DNA from: Chiloscyllium plagiosum
Taxonomy: Eukaryota
Direction of reading: 5' to 3'
Length of the DNA: 64,000 nt
NCBI RefSeq assembly: GCF_004010195.1
Contig: NC_057719.1
Location: forward strand, 89,465,403-89,529,402
The notes beneath the pieces were generated by a model. The model was not told the DNA's origin. It saw only the letters and a program-made list of their open reading frames with translations, and did no database searches. Below, in pieces: positions 1 to 10,389 of the stretch (position 1 is its first letter; every line of letters starts with the position of its first letter). Both the position numbers and the translations under genes were made by a program.

Positions 1-9
1 TGATTAGGT

Positions 10-41
10 TCCTGAAGAAGGGCTTATGCCCGAAACGTCGA
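10..41 (+). ncRNA. Hammerhead motif with intact core and short stem I, at the head of a PLE-tail fragment (about 10-102)
   Basis: TC-CTGAAGA-A-GGGC(TTAT)GCCC-GAAA-CGTC-GA. Confidence 0.72.
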
Positions 42-102
42 TTCTCCTGTTCCCTGGATGCTGCCTGACCTGCTGCGCTTTTCCAGCAACACATTTCCAG
101 CT

Positions 103-1150
103 TCCCCAACCCTAAGCATCCTAAGTCCTGCCTAATCGCATCAGAATTGCCTTTCCCCCAGCTATAACTCTTGCCCTGCAGTATGTACCTATCCCTTTCC
201 ATTGCTAAAGTAAACGTAACTGAATGATGGTCGCTCGCACCAAAGTGCTCACCTACCTCCAAATCTAAACCTGACCTGGTTCAATACCCAGTGCCAAATC
301 CAATTGGCCTCACCCCTTGATGGCCTGCCTACATACTATCTTCGAGGGGAAAGTGAGGACTGCAGATGCTGGAGATCAGAGCTGAAAATGAAGAAGGGCT
401 CATGCCCGAAACGTTGATTCTCCTGCTCCTTGGATGCTGCCTGACCTGCTGCGCTTTTCCAGCAACATATTTTCAGCGCTGCTTACGTACTATGTCAGAA
501 AACCCTCTTGCATATATTGGACAAAAACTGACCCATCAAAAGTACTTAAACTATAGTATTTCCAGTCAATATTTGAAAAGTTAAAGTCCTGCATGATAAT
601 TACTCTGTTACTCTTGTTCCTATTCAGAATCATCTCTGCTATCCTTTCCTCTGCGTCCCTGGAACTATTCGGACGCCTACAGAAAACTTCCAACAGGGTG
701 ACCTCTCTTTTCCTGTTTCTAACCGGTTTCAGCCCATACTACCTCAGTAGGTGAGTCCTCAAACATCCTTTTTGTCACTGTAATACTGTCATTGACTAAC
801 AATGCCACACTTCCCTCTCTTTTACCATCTTCACTGTTCTTACCGAACATCTAAATCCTGGAGCCTGCATTAACCATTCCTGTCCCTGCTCGATCAATGT
901 CTCCAAAATGGCCACAATTTCGAAGTCCCAGGTACAAACCCATGCTGCAAATTCACCCACCTTATTCCGGATGCTCCTGGCATTGATGTAGACACATTTC
1001 AAACCACCTTCCTGCTTGCTGGTGCACTCTTGCTACCTTGAAACCTTATTTCTGACTTCATTACTCTCAACCTCCTGGACACTGGAACTACAACTTAGGT
1101 TCCCATCCCCCACTGAATTAGTTTAAGCCTTCATGAATAACATTAGCAAA
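103..1150 (-). mobile_element. CR1 LINE endonuclease-region fragment
   Basis: Minus-strand KCVYINARSIRNK and VIIMQDFNFSNIDW. Confidence 0.85.
340..478. mobile_element. PLE-tail mini-element with inverted arms, inserted in CR1
   Basis: TSD CTGCCTACATACTAT (325-339) / CTGCTTACGTACTAT (479-493). Left arm is the reverse-complement tail; right arm starts inside the hammerhead core. Confidence 0.78.
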
Positions 1151-1177
1151 ATGAATCTGCAGTGCTCACTCTCTTCC

Positions 1178-2094
1178 AGGATGCAGAATTGGGCTGGTAA
1201 GGGGCAGATGGAGTTCAACCTGGAAAAGTGTGAAGTGATTCATTTCTGAAGGTCAAATTTGAATGCAGATTACAGGGTTAAAGGCAGGATTCTTGGCAGT
1301 GTGGAGGAACAGAGGGATCTTGGGGTCCATGTCCATAGATCCCTCAAAATCGCCACCCAAGTTGGTAAGGTAGTTAAGGCGGTAGTTAAACTCAATCTCC
1401 CTTCTAAGGGTGTGTTGGCTTCCCTTAGGAGGTGGATTGAGTTTAAGAGCTGCGAAGTTATGCTGCAGCTCCACACAGCCCTAGTACGACCATGCTTAGA
1501 ATGAAGGGCTTATGCCAGAAACATCGATTCCCCAGCTCCTCAGATGCTGCCTGACCTGCTATGCTTTTCCAGTAACACACTCTCGACTCTGTTCTAAAGC
1601 ATCTGCAGTCCTCACTTTCACACACTTGGAATTTTGTGTTCAGTCCTGGTCACTCCATTATAGAAAGGATGTGGAAGCTTTAGAGAGGATGCAGAGGTGA
1701 TTTACCAGGATGTTGCCTGGACTGGAGAGCAGCTAAGGCTCTTCTCATTGGGTGACTTTTTAAGAGATGTACAATATGATGAGAGGCATAGATAGAGTGA
1801 ATAGTCAGACTTCTTCCCAGGGCAGAAATGGCTATCATGAAAGGGCATACTTTTAAGGTGATTAGAGGTAGGTTTAGTGGAGATGTCAGAGGAGGGTTCT
1901 TTACACAGGGAGTGGTAGGTGCATGGAATGCAGAGTCAGATACATTAGGGACATTTAAGCATCTCTTGGATCGGCACATGGATGATAGTATAATGAAGGG
2001 TATGTAGGTTAGTTTGATCTTAGAATAGGAGAAAAGGTCGGCACAACATCAAGGGTTGAAGGGCCTGGTGAGTGCTGTACCATTGTATGTTCTA
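1178..2094 (+). mobile_element. CR1 LINE 3' end, with PLE-tail insertion at about 1501-1620
   Basis: QMEFNLEKCEVIHF, EEQRDLGVHVH, LVRP..LEFCVQ; 3' tail. Confidence 0.85.
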
Positions 2095-2869
2095 GTCCAC
2101 ATTGACCATGTTTCCAAACTAAACTAGTCCCACTTGCCTCCATTTGGCCTATATCCCTCCAAACATTTCCTATTCATGAACTTATCCAAATATCTTTTAA
2201 ATGTTGTCACTGTACCTGCATTCACCACGTCCTCTATCACCACTCTAAAATAGTTGCCCCTCATGTCCTTTTAAAAATCTTTCTCCTCACACCTTAAAAA
2301 TAGGACCCCTATTTTGACTCATCCACCCTTGTGAAAAGAACCTTGCTATTCACTTTCTCTTTGCCCTTTGTGATATTATAAACTTCGAAATGGTCACCCC
2401 TCAACCACTTATACTCCAGTGAAAAATGTCCCAGCCTATTTATAACTCAAATGCACATTCCCAGCAACATCCTGGTAAACCTTTTTTGAACCCTTGCAAG
2501 TTTAATAATATTCTTCCTATAATAGGACATCAGAGATGTCCACAGCAGTCCAAAAGAGTCCTCAATGTCCTGTGCTATCTCAACCTGACATCCCAACCCC
2601 TGTACTCAAAAGGTCTCAGCAATAAAGGTAAGCATGTTAAACACCTTTTAAACCACACTGTCTACATGTGACATAAACTTCGAAGAATTACTTACCTGAA
2701 CCTTGAGGTCTCTGTTCTACAACGTTACCCAACACCCTCTCATAAACTGGTTAAGACCTGCCCTTGTTTGTTTTACCAAAATGCAGTACCTCACATTTAT
2801 CCAAATTAAACTCCATCTGCCACTTCCCAGCCCACTGACCCGATTGATCAAGAAAGTAGATCAATCAGA

Positions 2870-3217
2870 GATCCTAGAATGCTGACAGTGTGGAAACAGG
2901 CTATTTGGCCCAACAAGTCCACACAAACCGTCCAAAGAGTATCCCATCCAGACCCATTCCCCCACCCTATTACTTACATTTTCCCTCACTAATGCACCTA
3001 ACCTACATATCCCCGAATACTATGGGCAATTTAGCATGGCCAATTCACCTAACCTGCACATCTCAGGACCATGGGAGGAAACCAAAGCATCTGGAAGAAA
3101 CCCATGTAGACATAGAGAGAAGGTGCAAACTCCACATACAGTTACCAGAACCTGGAATTGAACCCAGGTCCCTGGCACTATGAAGCAGCAGTGCTAACCA
3201 CTGAGCCACCGTGCAGC
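2870..3217 (-). mobile_element. HE1-type SINE, older copy
   Basis: Diverged reverse-complement match to the SINE head and core. Confidence 0.8.
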
Positions 3218-4089
3218 CATCAAGGTAGATCTCATATGCTCAAAAACTGTCAGAGATGTGAGGCTCCATTAGAAACACACACACATTTTTGACAAAACGT
3301 CCATTTGTGAAGAAAGTAAGAATTAAACGCCACAATAAGACCCTGACAAAGTTATGAGCTGGCCAGCATTAATCAATCCAAGGTTGAAGACAAGAATGGG
3401 TTGCTGTGGAAACCCTTGATTTTTAAGAGCACATGACAGTGATTATGGATGTGACAGTCAATATGAAGATGACAACAAGGAATTGGAGAAAGCATAGGAC
3501 AGAAAAACATGGAAGTATAAATAGAGATTAAAAAAACTGATGAGAGGTTTTGACCTGAACACTATGGCTTCATGATGGGCATACGAAAGAAGTAGCTTGA
3601 GTTGAACAACAGTCTCAAGCAGTCCCCAATTATTCAATGGTCAAGTCATTCACCCAAGAAATGTCAAGACCCACAATGTTCCTTATAGTTGAACTGAACT
3701 GGTTGGACTGTATAACTCTATGACAGATGAACAGATGACAGAAACTATCCAGGTTTGTGACACAGTGTCAGGACATTGTGACAAGTCTCAACACTATCAT
3801 ATGGTGGTAGTAAGAAAAGTCAAAATAAAATAAAACAGAAAATATATCAAATGTGTAAAACGAAGAAGAATTAAATGATGGTGAGGGTAATAATCACATT
3901 GAATGATGCCTTAGCACGGTGAGTAATTGTAATGGGGATGGGTAATTTTCAACAAAATGTGGAACAAATGCTGTAGTTGTGAATATGTTCACCAAGCTGG
4001 GAGGTTCATTTGCAGATATTTCATCTCCTGTCTAGGTGACATTCTCAGTGTTTTGGAGTCTCCTGTGAAGTGCTGCTGTACTGTGACAC

Positions 4090-4970
4090 AATGGGGACAC
4101 CATCCACCACGTGCATGGCAGGAACTCATGTGTCTCAGCCAACATTGTCTATCTCATATGCTGTAGGCAAGGATACTTCAAGGCATGGTATATTGGCTAG
4201 ACCAAGCCAATGCTACGACAACATATGAATGAACATCGTGCAACAATCTTCAGATAGGAATGTACCCTCCCAGTCAGGGAACATTTCGGCAGTCAAAGAC
4301 ATTGGGTCTCCGATCTTTGAGTGACTATCCTCCAAGGCAGACTTCAGGAGACACAACAACGCAGAGTCACCAAGTAGAGGCTGACAGCCAAGTTCATTAC
4401 CCATGAGGATGGCCTCAACCAGGATCCTGGGTTCTACTACAGGTGATCCCACTATACATACACTCTGACTCTCTCTCTCTCACAGGCATATACTCCATCA
4501 CACATGCACACACTCCATCAAGCACACACGCACACCTTCTCTCCCACACGCATAAACACAAACATATAAAAATGAAAGTCTATGGGGTGAATTTGCATTT
4601 GCAGATACATTCTATTTTGTTCAAAAAGCATACAATCTCTAGGCAGTCAGTCCATGTGACATTTTATAAATTCCAGTTTTGGAAATAGAACCATTCTGAC
4701 TCAAGACCGAGATACAGAGACTCGAACCTCACACCTTTATTGCACTGTCTGAGCGGAGATGTAATTTTTAAAAAAAACCTTAAGTTAGTTCAGGACAGTC
4801 ACTTGAAAGAAGTTCTGGGATTTACATATTAATCAATCAAAACCTGCATCCCCATTCAAAGTGATTAAAGACTTAACAGCAATCTAGACTTAACAGCATC
4901 ACTTGTATGACACTAGTGACCTTTTACTATAAATTCTGTGTCCCATAATCCTGTCCCTCTAGCTACGTGA
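4090..4970 (+). mobile_element. PLE 3' fragment (GIY-YIG remnant plus 3' non-coding region)
   Basis: Translation NSCVSANIVYLICCRQG..WYIG*TKPMLRQHMNEHRATI matches the GIY-YIG pattern of PLEs; followed by CA-rich and AT-rich 3' sequence. Confidence 0.75.
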
Positions 4971-5018
4971 CAAAGAACCTGACTCGGAATCCTTGAACTT
5001 CCAAATGAACCTCAAAAG

Positions 5019-5370
5019 GTGTGGTGCTGGAAAAGCACAGCCAGTCAGGAGCAGGAGAGTCGATGTTTCGAACACAAGCTCTTCAGCAGGGTGGGGGTGG
5101 GGGCAAGGGGGCTGACCTCTTACTCCCAATTCCTCCGCCACTGCTACATCTGCTTCCATGAGAGCCAATTCCAATCCAGATGGCCTCCTGCTTCAAGGAC
5201 CACAATTTCTCCACCATTGTGGTCAACAATGCCCTCCAGCACATCTCCTCCACTTCCTGCACCTCCATCCTTGAACCCCACCCCTTCAACCACAACAAGA
5301 CAGAACACCCCTTGAACCCACCCCTTCAACCACAACAAGACAGAACACCACCCCCCCCGCCCCCACCCCA
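5019..5370 (+). mobile_element. PLE fragment with inverted tail at its 5' end and an internal ~40-bp tandem duplication
   Basis: 5019-5090 is a reverse-complement tail with degenerate hammerhead. YSQFLRHCYIC/MASCFKD is similar to 13800-13980. CTTGAACCC(C)ACCCCTTCAACCACAACAAGACAGAACACC occurs twice at about 5270-5349. Confidence 0.7.
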
Positions 5371-5469
5371 TATCTATGCTATTAACTATGTGATCTGCCT
5401 GTATTGCTCAAAAGACAAAGCTTTTCACTGTGCCTTGGTACATATGACAATAAATTCAATTCAATTCAT

Positions 5470-6465
5470 CAATGTCCCCTCATGCAAGCTATCACCATGT
5501 GAGAGAAAGGCTCCCACTGTCCACCCTACCTAATCCTCTGATCACGCTTCTATTAAGGTTCTTCGACCTTCTTCGAACGAAAACAGCTTCAAGTCCCTCA
5601 GCCTTTCCTCATAAGACCTTTCCTCTATATCAGGCAACATCTTAGTAATCTGCTCTGAACCCTTTCCAAAGCTTCCTATAATGCAGTGACCAGAACTGTA
5701 TGCAATACTCCAAGTGCAGCCACACCAGAGTTTTGTACAGCTACAACATGACCTCCGAAACTCAATCCCTTTAAATAAAAGGAAACACATTGTACACCTT
5801 TTTAACAACCCTATTAACCTGGGCAACTTTCAGGGCACTGAGATCTCTCTGCTCATCTACGCTACCAAGAATCCTACCATTAGCCCAGTAATCTGTATTC
5901 CTGTTACTCCTTCCAAAGTGAATCATCTCACACTTTTCTGCATCAAACTCCATTTGCCACCTCTCAGCCCAGCGCTGCCGCTTATCTATGTCACTCTGTA
6001 ACCTGTAACACCCTTCTGCACTGTCTACAACTCCACTGACTTTAGTGGCATCCGTAAATTTACGAAACCATCCTTCTATGCCTTAATCCAGGTCATACAT
6101 AAAAACGACAAACAGCAGTGGACCCAAAACAGTTCATTGCGGTACAGCACTAGTAACTGAACCCCAGGATGAACATTTCCCATCAATCACCACCCTCTGT
6201 CTTCTTTCAGCTAGCCAATTTCTCATCCAAATCGCTAAATCACCCTCAATCCCATGCCACCATATTTTCTGCAATAGCCTCCCATAGGAAACCTTATCAA
6301 ACACTTTACTAAATCCATATACACCACATCAACCGCTTTACCCTCATCCACCTGTTTGGTCACCACCTCAAAGAACACAATAAGGTTTGTGAGGCATGAT
6401 CTACCCTTCACAAAACCGTATTGAATCAAATTATTCCTTTCTAGAATTATTATAAATCCTATATT
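5470..6465 (-). mobile_element. CR1 LINE RT fragment (continues to about 7320 across SINE insertions)
   Basis: GFVKGRSCLTNL, VDVVYMD, MEFDAEKCEMIHFG. Confidence 0.85.
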
Positions 6466-6466
6466 T

Positions 6467-6797
6467 GGGCGGCACGGTGGCACAGTGGTTAGCACTGCTG
6501 CCTCACAGCGCCTGAGACCCGGGTTCAATTCCCGCCTCAGGTGACTGACTGTGTGGAGTTTGCACGTTCTCCCCGTGTCTGCGTGGGCTTCCTCCGGGTG
6601 CTCCGGTTTCCTCCCACAGTCCAAAAAGATGTGCAGGGTCAGGTGAATTGGCCATGCCAAATTGCCCGTAGTGTTAGGTAATGGGTAAATGTAGGGGTAT
6701 GGGTGGGTTTCGCTTCGGCGGGTCGGTGTGGACTTGTTGGGCCGAAGGGCCTGTTTCCACACTGTAATGTAATCTAATCTAAAAAAAAATCTAATCT
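6467..6797 (+). mobile_element. tRNA-derived SINE (HE1/V-SINE type), full length
   Basis: A box TGGCACAGTGG, B box GGTTCAATTCC, V-domain-like GGGCTTCCTCCGGGTGCTCCGGTTTCCTCCCAC, LINE-like tail TGTTGGGCCGAAGGGCCTGTTTCC and (TAATC)n. Confidence 0.9.
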
Positions 6798-6884
6798 ATC
6801 TCTCAATCCTTTCCAACACTTTGCCCACAACCGAAGTAAAGCTCACTGGTCTATGATTATCAAGGTAGTCTCTATTCCCCTCCT

Positions 6885-7188
6885 TAGATTAGATATACTA
6901 CAGTATGGAGACAGGCCCTTCAGCCCAACAGGTCCACACCGACTCTCTGAAGAACAACCCACCCAGACCCACTTCCTTACCATATATTTACCCCTAACTA
7001 ATGCACATAACACTATGGGCAATTTAGCACTTGGCCTGCACATCTTTGGAATGTGGGAGGAAACCACAGCACCCGGAGGAAACCCACGCAGACACGGAGA
7101 GAATGTGCAAACTTCACACAGACAGTCGCTCAAGGCAGGAATCAAACCTGTGAGGCAGCAGTGCTAACCACTGAGACACCGTGCTGCT
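6885..7188 (-). mobile_element. HE1-type SINE
   Basis: Reverse-complement match with short internal deletions; a + strand partial copy follows at about 7320-7480. Confidence 0.8.
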
Positions 7189-7489
7189 CATGTTCTTGAA
7201 CAAGTGGGGCAACATTTGCTGTCCTCCAGCCTTCTGACATTATTCCTGTAGACAATGACAACATAAAAATCAAAGCCAAAAACTCTGCAATCTCCTCTCT
7301 AACCTCTCAGAGAATCCCAATGGTTTCTTCCCACAGTCCAAAAATGTGTAAGTTAGGTGAATTGGCCACGCTAAAAAGTGTTAGGTGTAGGGGAATGGGT
7401 CTGGGAGAGTTGCTCTTCAGAGGGGCAGTGTGGACTTGTTGGGCCAAAGGGCCTGTTTCCACACTGTAAGTAATCTAATCAAACAGGGG

Positions 7490-7945
7490 ACTGACATCTT
7501 CAACACATTATCTGGGCTGATACCAATTGTTAAAGTTAACCTCAGAATGTAACTTTTAAAAAATTTTTGTGATTTACATATGAAAGTAGTGAAACTAACA
7601 TGGCCATTCTAACAGTTGAGACTTAACAAACAGCCCTGAAGAAGGGCTAATGCCCGAAACGTCGATTCTCCTGTTCCCTAGATGCTGCCTGACCTGCTGC
7701 GCTTCTCCAGCAACACATTTCCATCTCTGATCTCCAGCATCTGCAGACCTCACTTTCTCTTCACTTAACAAACAATCAAGGTATTTTTCAATGTATAATT
7801 TCAGTTACATCACACTGTAAACTTTTGCAATAAATTCTGTGTCTTACAATTGTGTACACCACAAGCAGCTGATGAAGGAGCAGCGCTCCGAAAGCCAGTG
7901 CTTACAATTAAACCTGTTGGACTGATGTTGTGTGATTTTTAACTC
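7490..7945 (+). mobile_element. PLE 3' non-coding region (second family) with degenerate hammerhead at 7869-7900
   Basis: Resembles 4740-4960 downstream of a GIY-YIG remnant. Contains CTGATGA-A-GGAGC(AGC)GCTCC-GAAAGCCA followed by AAACCTGTTGGACT..TGTGATTTTTAACT, as in the 50721 and 54206 elements. Confidence 0.7.
7633..7762 (+). mobile_element. PLE-tail mini-insertion starting at a hammerhead core (7636-7663), nested in another PLE 3' region
   Basis: 12-bp TSD ACTTAACAAACA at 7621-7632 and 7763-7774. Core CTGAAGA-A-GGGC(TAAT)GCCC-GAAACGTC; ends CTCCAGCATCTGCAGACCTCACTTTCTC. Confidence 0.85.
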
Positions 7946-8179
7946 AGTTTACTAAAAGTTTCTAATGCACCTCAAATGTAAAAGCCTGTAGGCAATGGGC
8001 GAAACGCTGAGAAGTGCGGTTCAGCCGAGTGGCTTGGTGTGGACTCAGGTTTTTTTTATTTCCCAAACCTTCCTTCACAAGCGCATTTACCTCCGAGGAC
8101 AACAAGATTGATCATAAGTTGGACATTACGTGAAGTTGCTCACTTGCTTCCAAAAAAACCTGTTGGACTATAACCTGGT

Positions 8180-9060
8180 GTTGTGTGGGACCGAAGCGAA
8201 AGAGCAAATAACTGCAGATACTGGAACCTGGAGTCACACCGCAACTATAGAGAGTAACGAAAGCGAACTGGAGATATTCTCCAAGAGGAGCCGAAGCAGA
8301 ACGGCACACCGAAAGGAGCCGAAGCCGAACCCGAACCCCGCGCCGAAAGGAGCCGAACCCGAACGTCGCGCCGAAAGGAGCCGAAGCCGAACCCGAACCC
8401 CGCGCCGAAAGGAGCCGAAGCCGAAGCCGAAGCCGAACGTCGCGCCGAAAGGAGCCGAAGCCGAACCCGAACGTCGCGCCGAAAGGAGCCGAAGCCGAAT
8501 GAAACGCCCAGAGGAGTCGAGTGAGTCGCCGAGGACGAGGCTGAACTGTGTTGTTGTTGTCATTCGGGTGTCGGTGTCGGCGCCCGGCTGAGAAACAGGA
8601 GAATAATGAGCGGGGGGATCGGGGCCTCAAACTCAGCTGCGGGGCCCGAGCAGCTGCTCCGCTGTCAGGAGAGTTACGCGTGCAGCGGCTCGGAGGCGGC
8701 CTTCGAGTGTGATGAGTGCGGCAGCCTGCAGTGCGCCGTGTGTGAGCGGGAGCTGCACAGCCAGCCCCGACTCCGGGACCATGAGAGGAGCCGCCTGAGA
8801 CCCGGGCACCTCCCGTACTGTGACCAGTGCAACGGCAACAAGCCGAGCGGGGGCCGGCGCCGGGCCTGCTGCCGCTGCCTGGCCTGCAAGGTCAACGTGT
8901 GCGCCGAGTGCCACCGCCGGGGCCACTCGAACCGCCGCAAGCACCCGGTCAGTAACTACCCGCAGCTGGAGGCCGAGGCCGAGGCCGGGCCTGGGGAGGA
9001 CCACAAACAGCAGGCAGAACTTGACAGGCTGAGGAGCCAGACCGCCAGCAGCTTCCTTCT
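8180..9060 (+). promoter_or_regulatory. CpG island over the 5' region and first coding exon of ZFYVE1
   Basis: Very GC- and CpG-rich against an AT-rich, CpG-depleted background; overlaps the ATG. The TSS is not determinable from sequence. Confidence 0.7.
8286..8499. repeat. GC-rich tandem repeat built from CCGAAR/CCGAAC hexamers, unit about CGCCGAAAGGAGCCGAA(GCCGAA)n(CCCGAA)n
   Basis: About six recurrences of CCGAAAGGAGCCGAA separated by variable numbers of GCCGAA/CCCGAA hexamers. Confidence 0.9.
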
Positions 9061-9085
9061 GGTGGATGAGCAGGAACAGATCCAG
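8606..9085 (+). CDS. ZFYVE1: ZFYVE1/DFCP1 first coding exon (160 codons; Cys/His-rich B-box-like zinc-binding N-terminus)
   Basis: ATG at 8606. Translation includes CQESYAC..CDECGSLQC..CERELH..HER..GHLPYCDQC and SFLLVDEQEQIQ, which I recognise as the vertebrate ZFYVE1 N-terminus. Donor CAG|GTGAAG at 9085/9086, phase 0, in frame with the exon at 21435. Confidence 0.93.
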
Positions 9086-9603
9086 GTGAAGGAAGCCTTT
9101 TCATACCTGGACCAAACAGGGGAGGGTATAGACCGAATTAGGTAGTAACTAGAGCCCTTTTTCAGTTAGTGATTTCCACAACCGTCTGGGTGGAAAAGGT
9201 TTTTCCTCACATCTCTAGACACAAGACACGGGAGCAGAATTTAGGGCATTTAGCCCAGCGAGTCAGTTTTGCCATTCAGTCATTGGCTGATAAGTTTCTC
9301 AACCCCATTCTCCCACTTTCTCCCTGTAACCCTTGATAGTGAAGAACCTATCTATCTCAGTGTTAAATATACTCCTGGCCTCGACAGCCTTCTGTGGCAA
9401 TAAATTCCATAGATTCACCAGTCTGGCTGAAGACGTTTCTCCTTGTCTCTGTTCTAACAGGTCTTCCCTTTACTCTAAGGCTGTGCCCTCATACAGTCAT
9501 AGAGATGTACAGCATGGAAACAGACCCTTTGGCCCGTGTCCATGCCGACCAGATATCCCAACCCAATCTCGTCCCATCTGCGAGCACCTGGCCTATATCC
9601 CTC

Positions 9604-10032
9604 CCCCCACCTTGTCCTTCACCAGTTTCTTCATCCCCCCTCCCCCCACCTTGTCCCAACCACAGGGGATGAACTTGGACTTCACCAGTTTCTTCATCCC
9701 CCTCTCCCCCACCTTGTCCCAATCCGGATCCCTCCAGCCCGGCACCGCCTTCCTGACCTGCAGTCTTCTTCTTGACCTCTCCGCCTCCACCCTACTCCGA
9801 CCTATCACCCTCACCTTGGCCTCTTTCCACCTATCACATTTCCAACGCCCCTCCTCCAAGTCCCTCCTCCCTACCTTTTATCTTCTGCTGAACACTCTGC
9901 TCATTCCTGAAGAAGGGCATGTGCCCGAAACGTCGAATCTTCTGTTCCCTAGATGCTGCCTGACCTGCTGTGCTGTTCCAGCAATAAAGTTTCAGCTTTG
10001 ATCTCCAGCGTCTGCAGACCTCACTTTCTCCT
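9604..10032 (+). mobile_element. 5'-truncated PLE tail with intact hammerhead, nested in a CR1 3' end
   Basis: 12-bp TSD CCTATATCCCTC at 9592-9603 and 10033-10044; pyrimidine-rich 3' region, hammerhead, then tail. Confidence 0.85.
9903..9938 (+). ncRNA. Minimal type I hammerhead ribozyme motif (PLE-type), intact
   Basis: ATTC-CTGAAGA-A-GGGC(ATGT)GCCC-GAAA-CGTC-GAAT. Stem I ATTC/GAAT, stem II GGGC/GCCC, palindromic ACGU, predicted cleavage after C9934 (GUC). Confidence 0.85.
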
Positions 10033-10389
10033 CCTATATCCCTCTAAACCCTTCCTATTCATATACTCATCCAGATGCCTTTTAATCCTACCAGTGGTAA
10101 CATCTTCCCAATATCCACTCTGTCAAGGCCATTCAATATTCTGTATGTTTCAATTAGATCCCCCTCGTCCTTTGAAATTCTATCGAGTATAGACCTAGAG
10201 ACCTCAAACATTCCTCATATGACTTGAGGCCCATTCCTCATATGGTTGGGTGCAGAACTTGAGTGAATTTAGCCTAAGGTATTTTGTTGTTTTTGTTTGT
10301 AGTTTGTGAGGTCCTCTTTCAGGGTTCGTAGTTTGTAGGAAAATGTTCTTTAACTTCAACTAAGCTGAAGGAGGGGAATCTTCGTTTAA

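Noticed and set aside
6467..6540. tRNA genes at SINE heads
   Set aside because: A/B boxes continue directly into SINE core and tail in more than 12 copies; these are tRNA-derived SINE heads, not tRNA genes.
8286..8499. CRISPR array or hammerhead array
   Set aside because: No unique spacers, vertebrate context, no cas genes. GAAA is present but there is no CTGAnGA core.
8112..8630. ORFs 8130-8591 (+, KEPKPNP repeats), 8112-8630 (-) and 8234-8563 (-) as novel proteins
   Set aside because: They stay open only because the hexamer repeat lacks stops. The long + ORF starts at GTG, is low complexity and has no recognisable domain.
8633..9032. Antisense and alternate-frame ORFs over exon 1
   Set aside because: Expected by-product of the very high GC content of the real coding exon.
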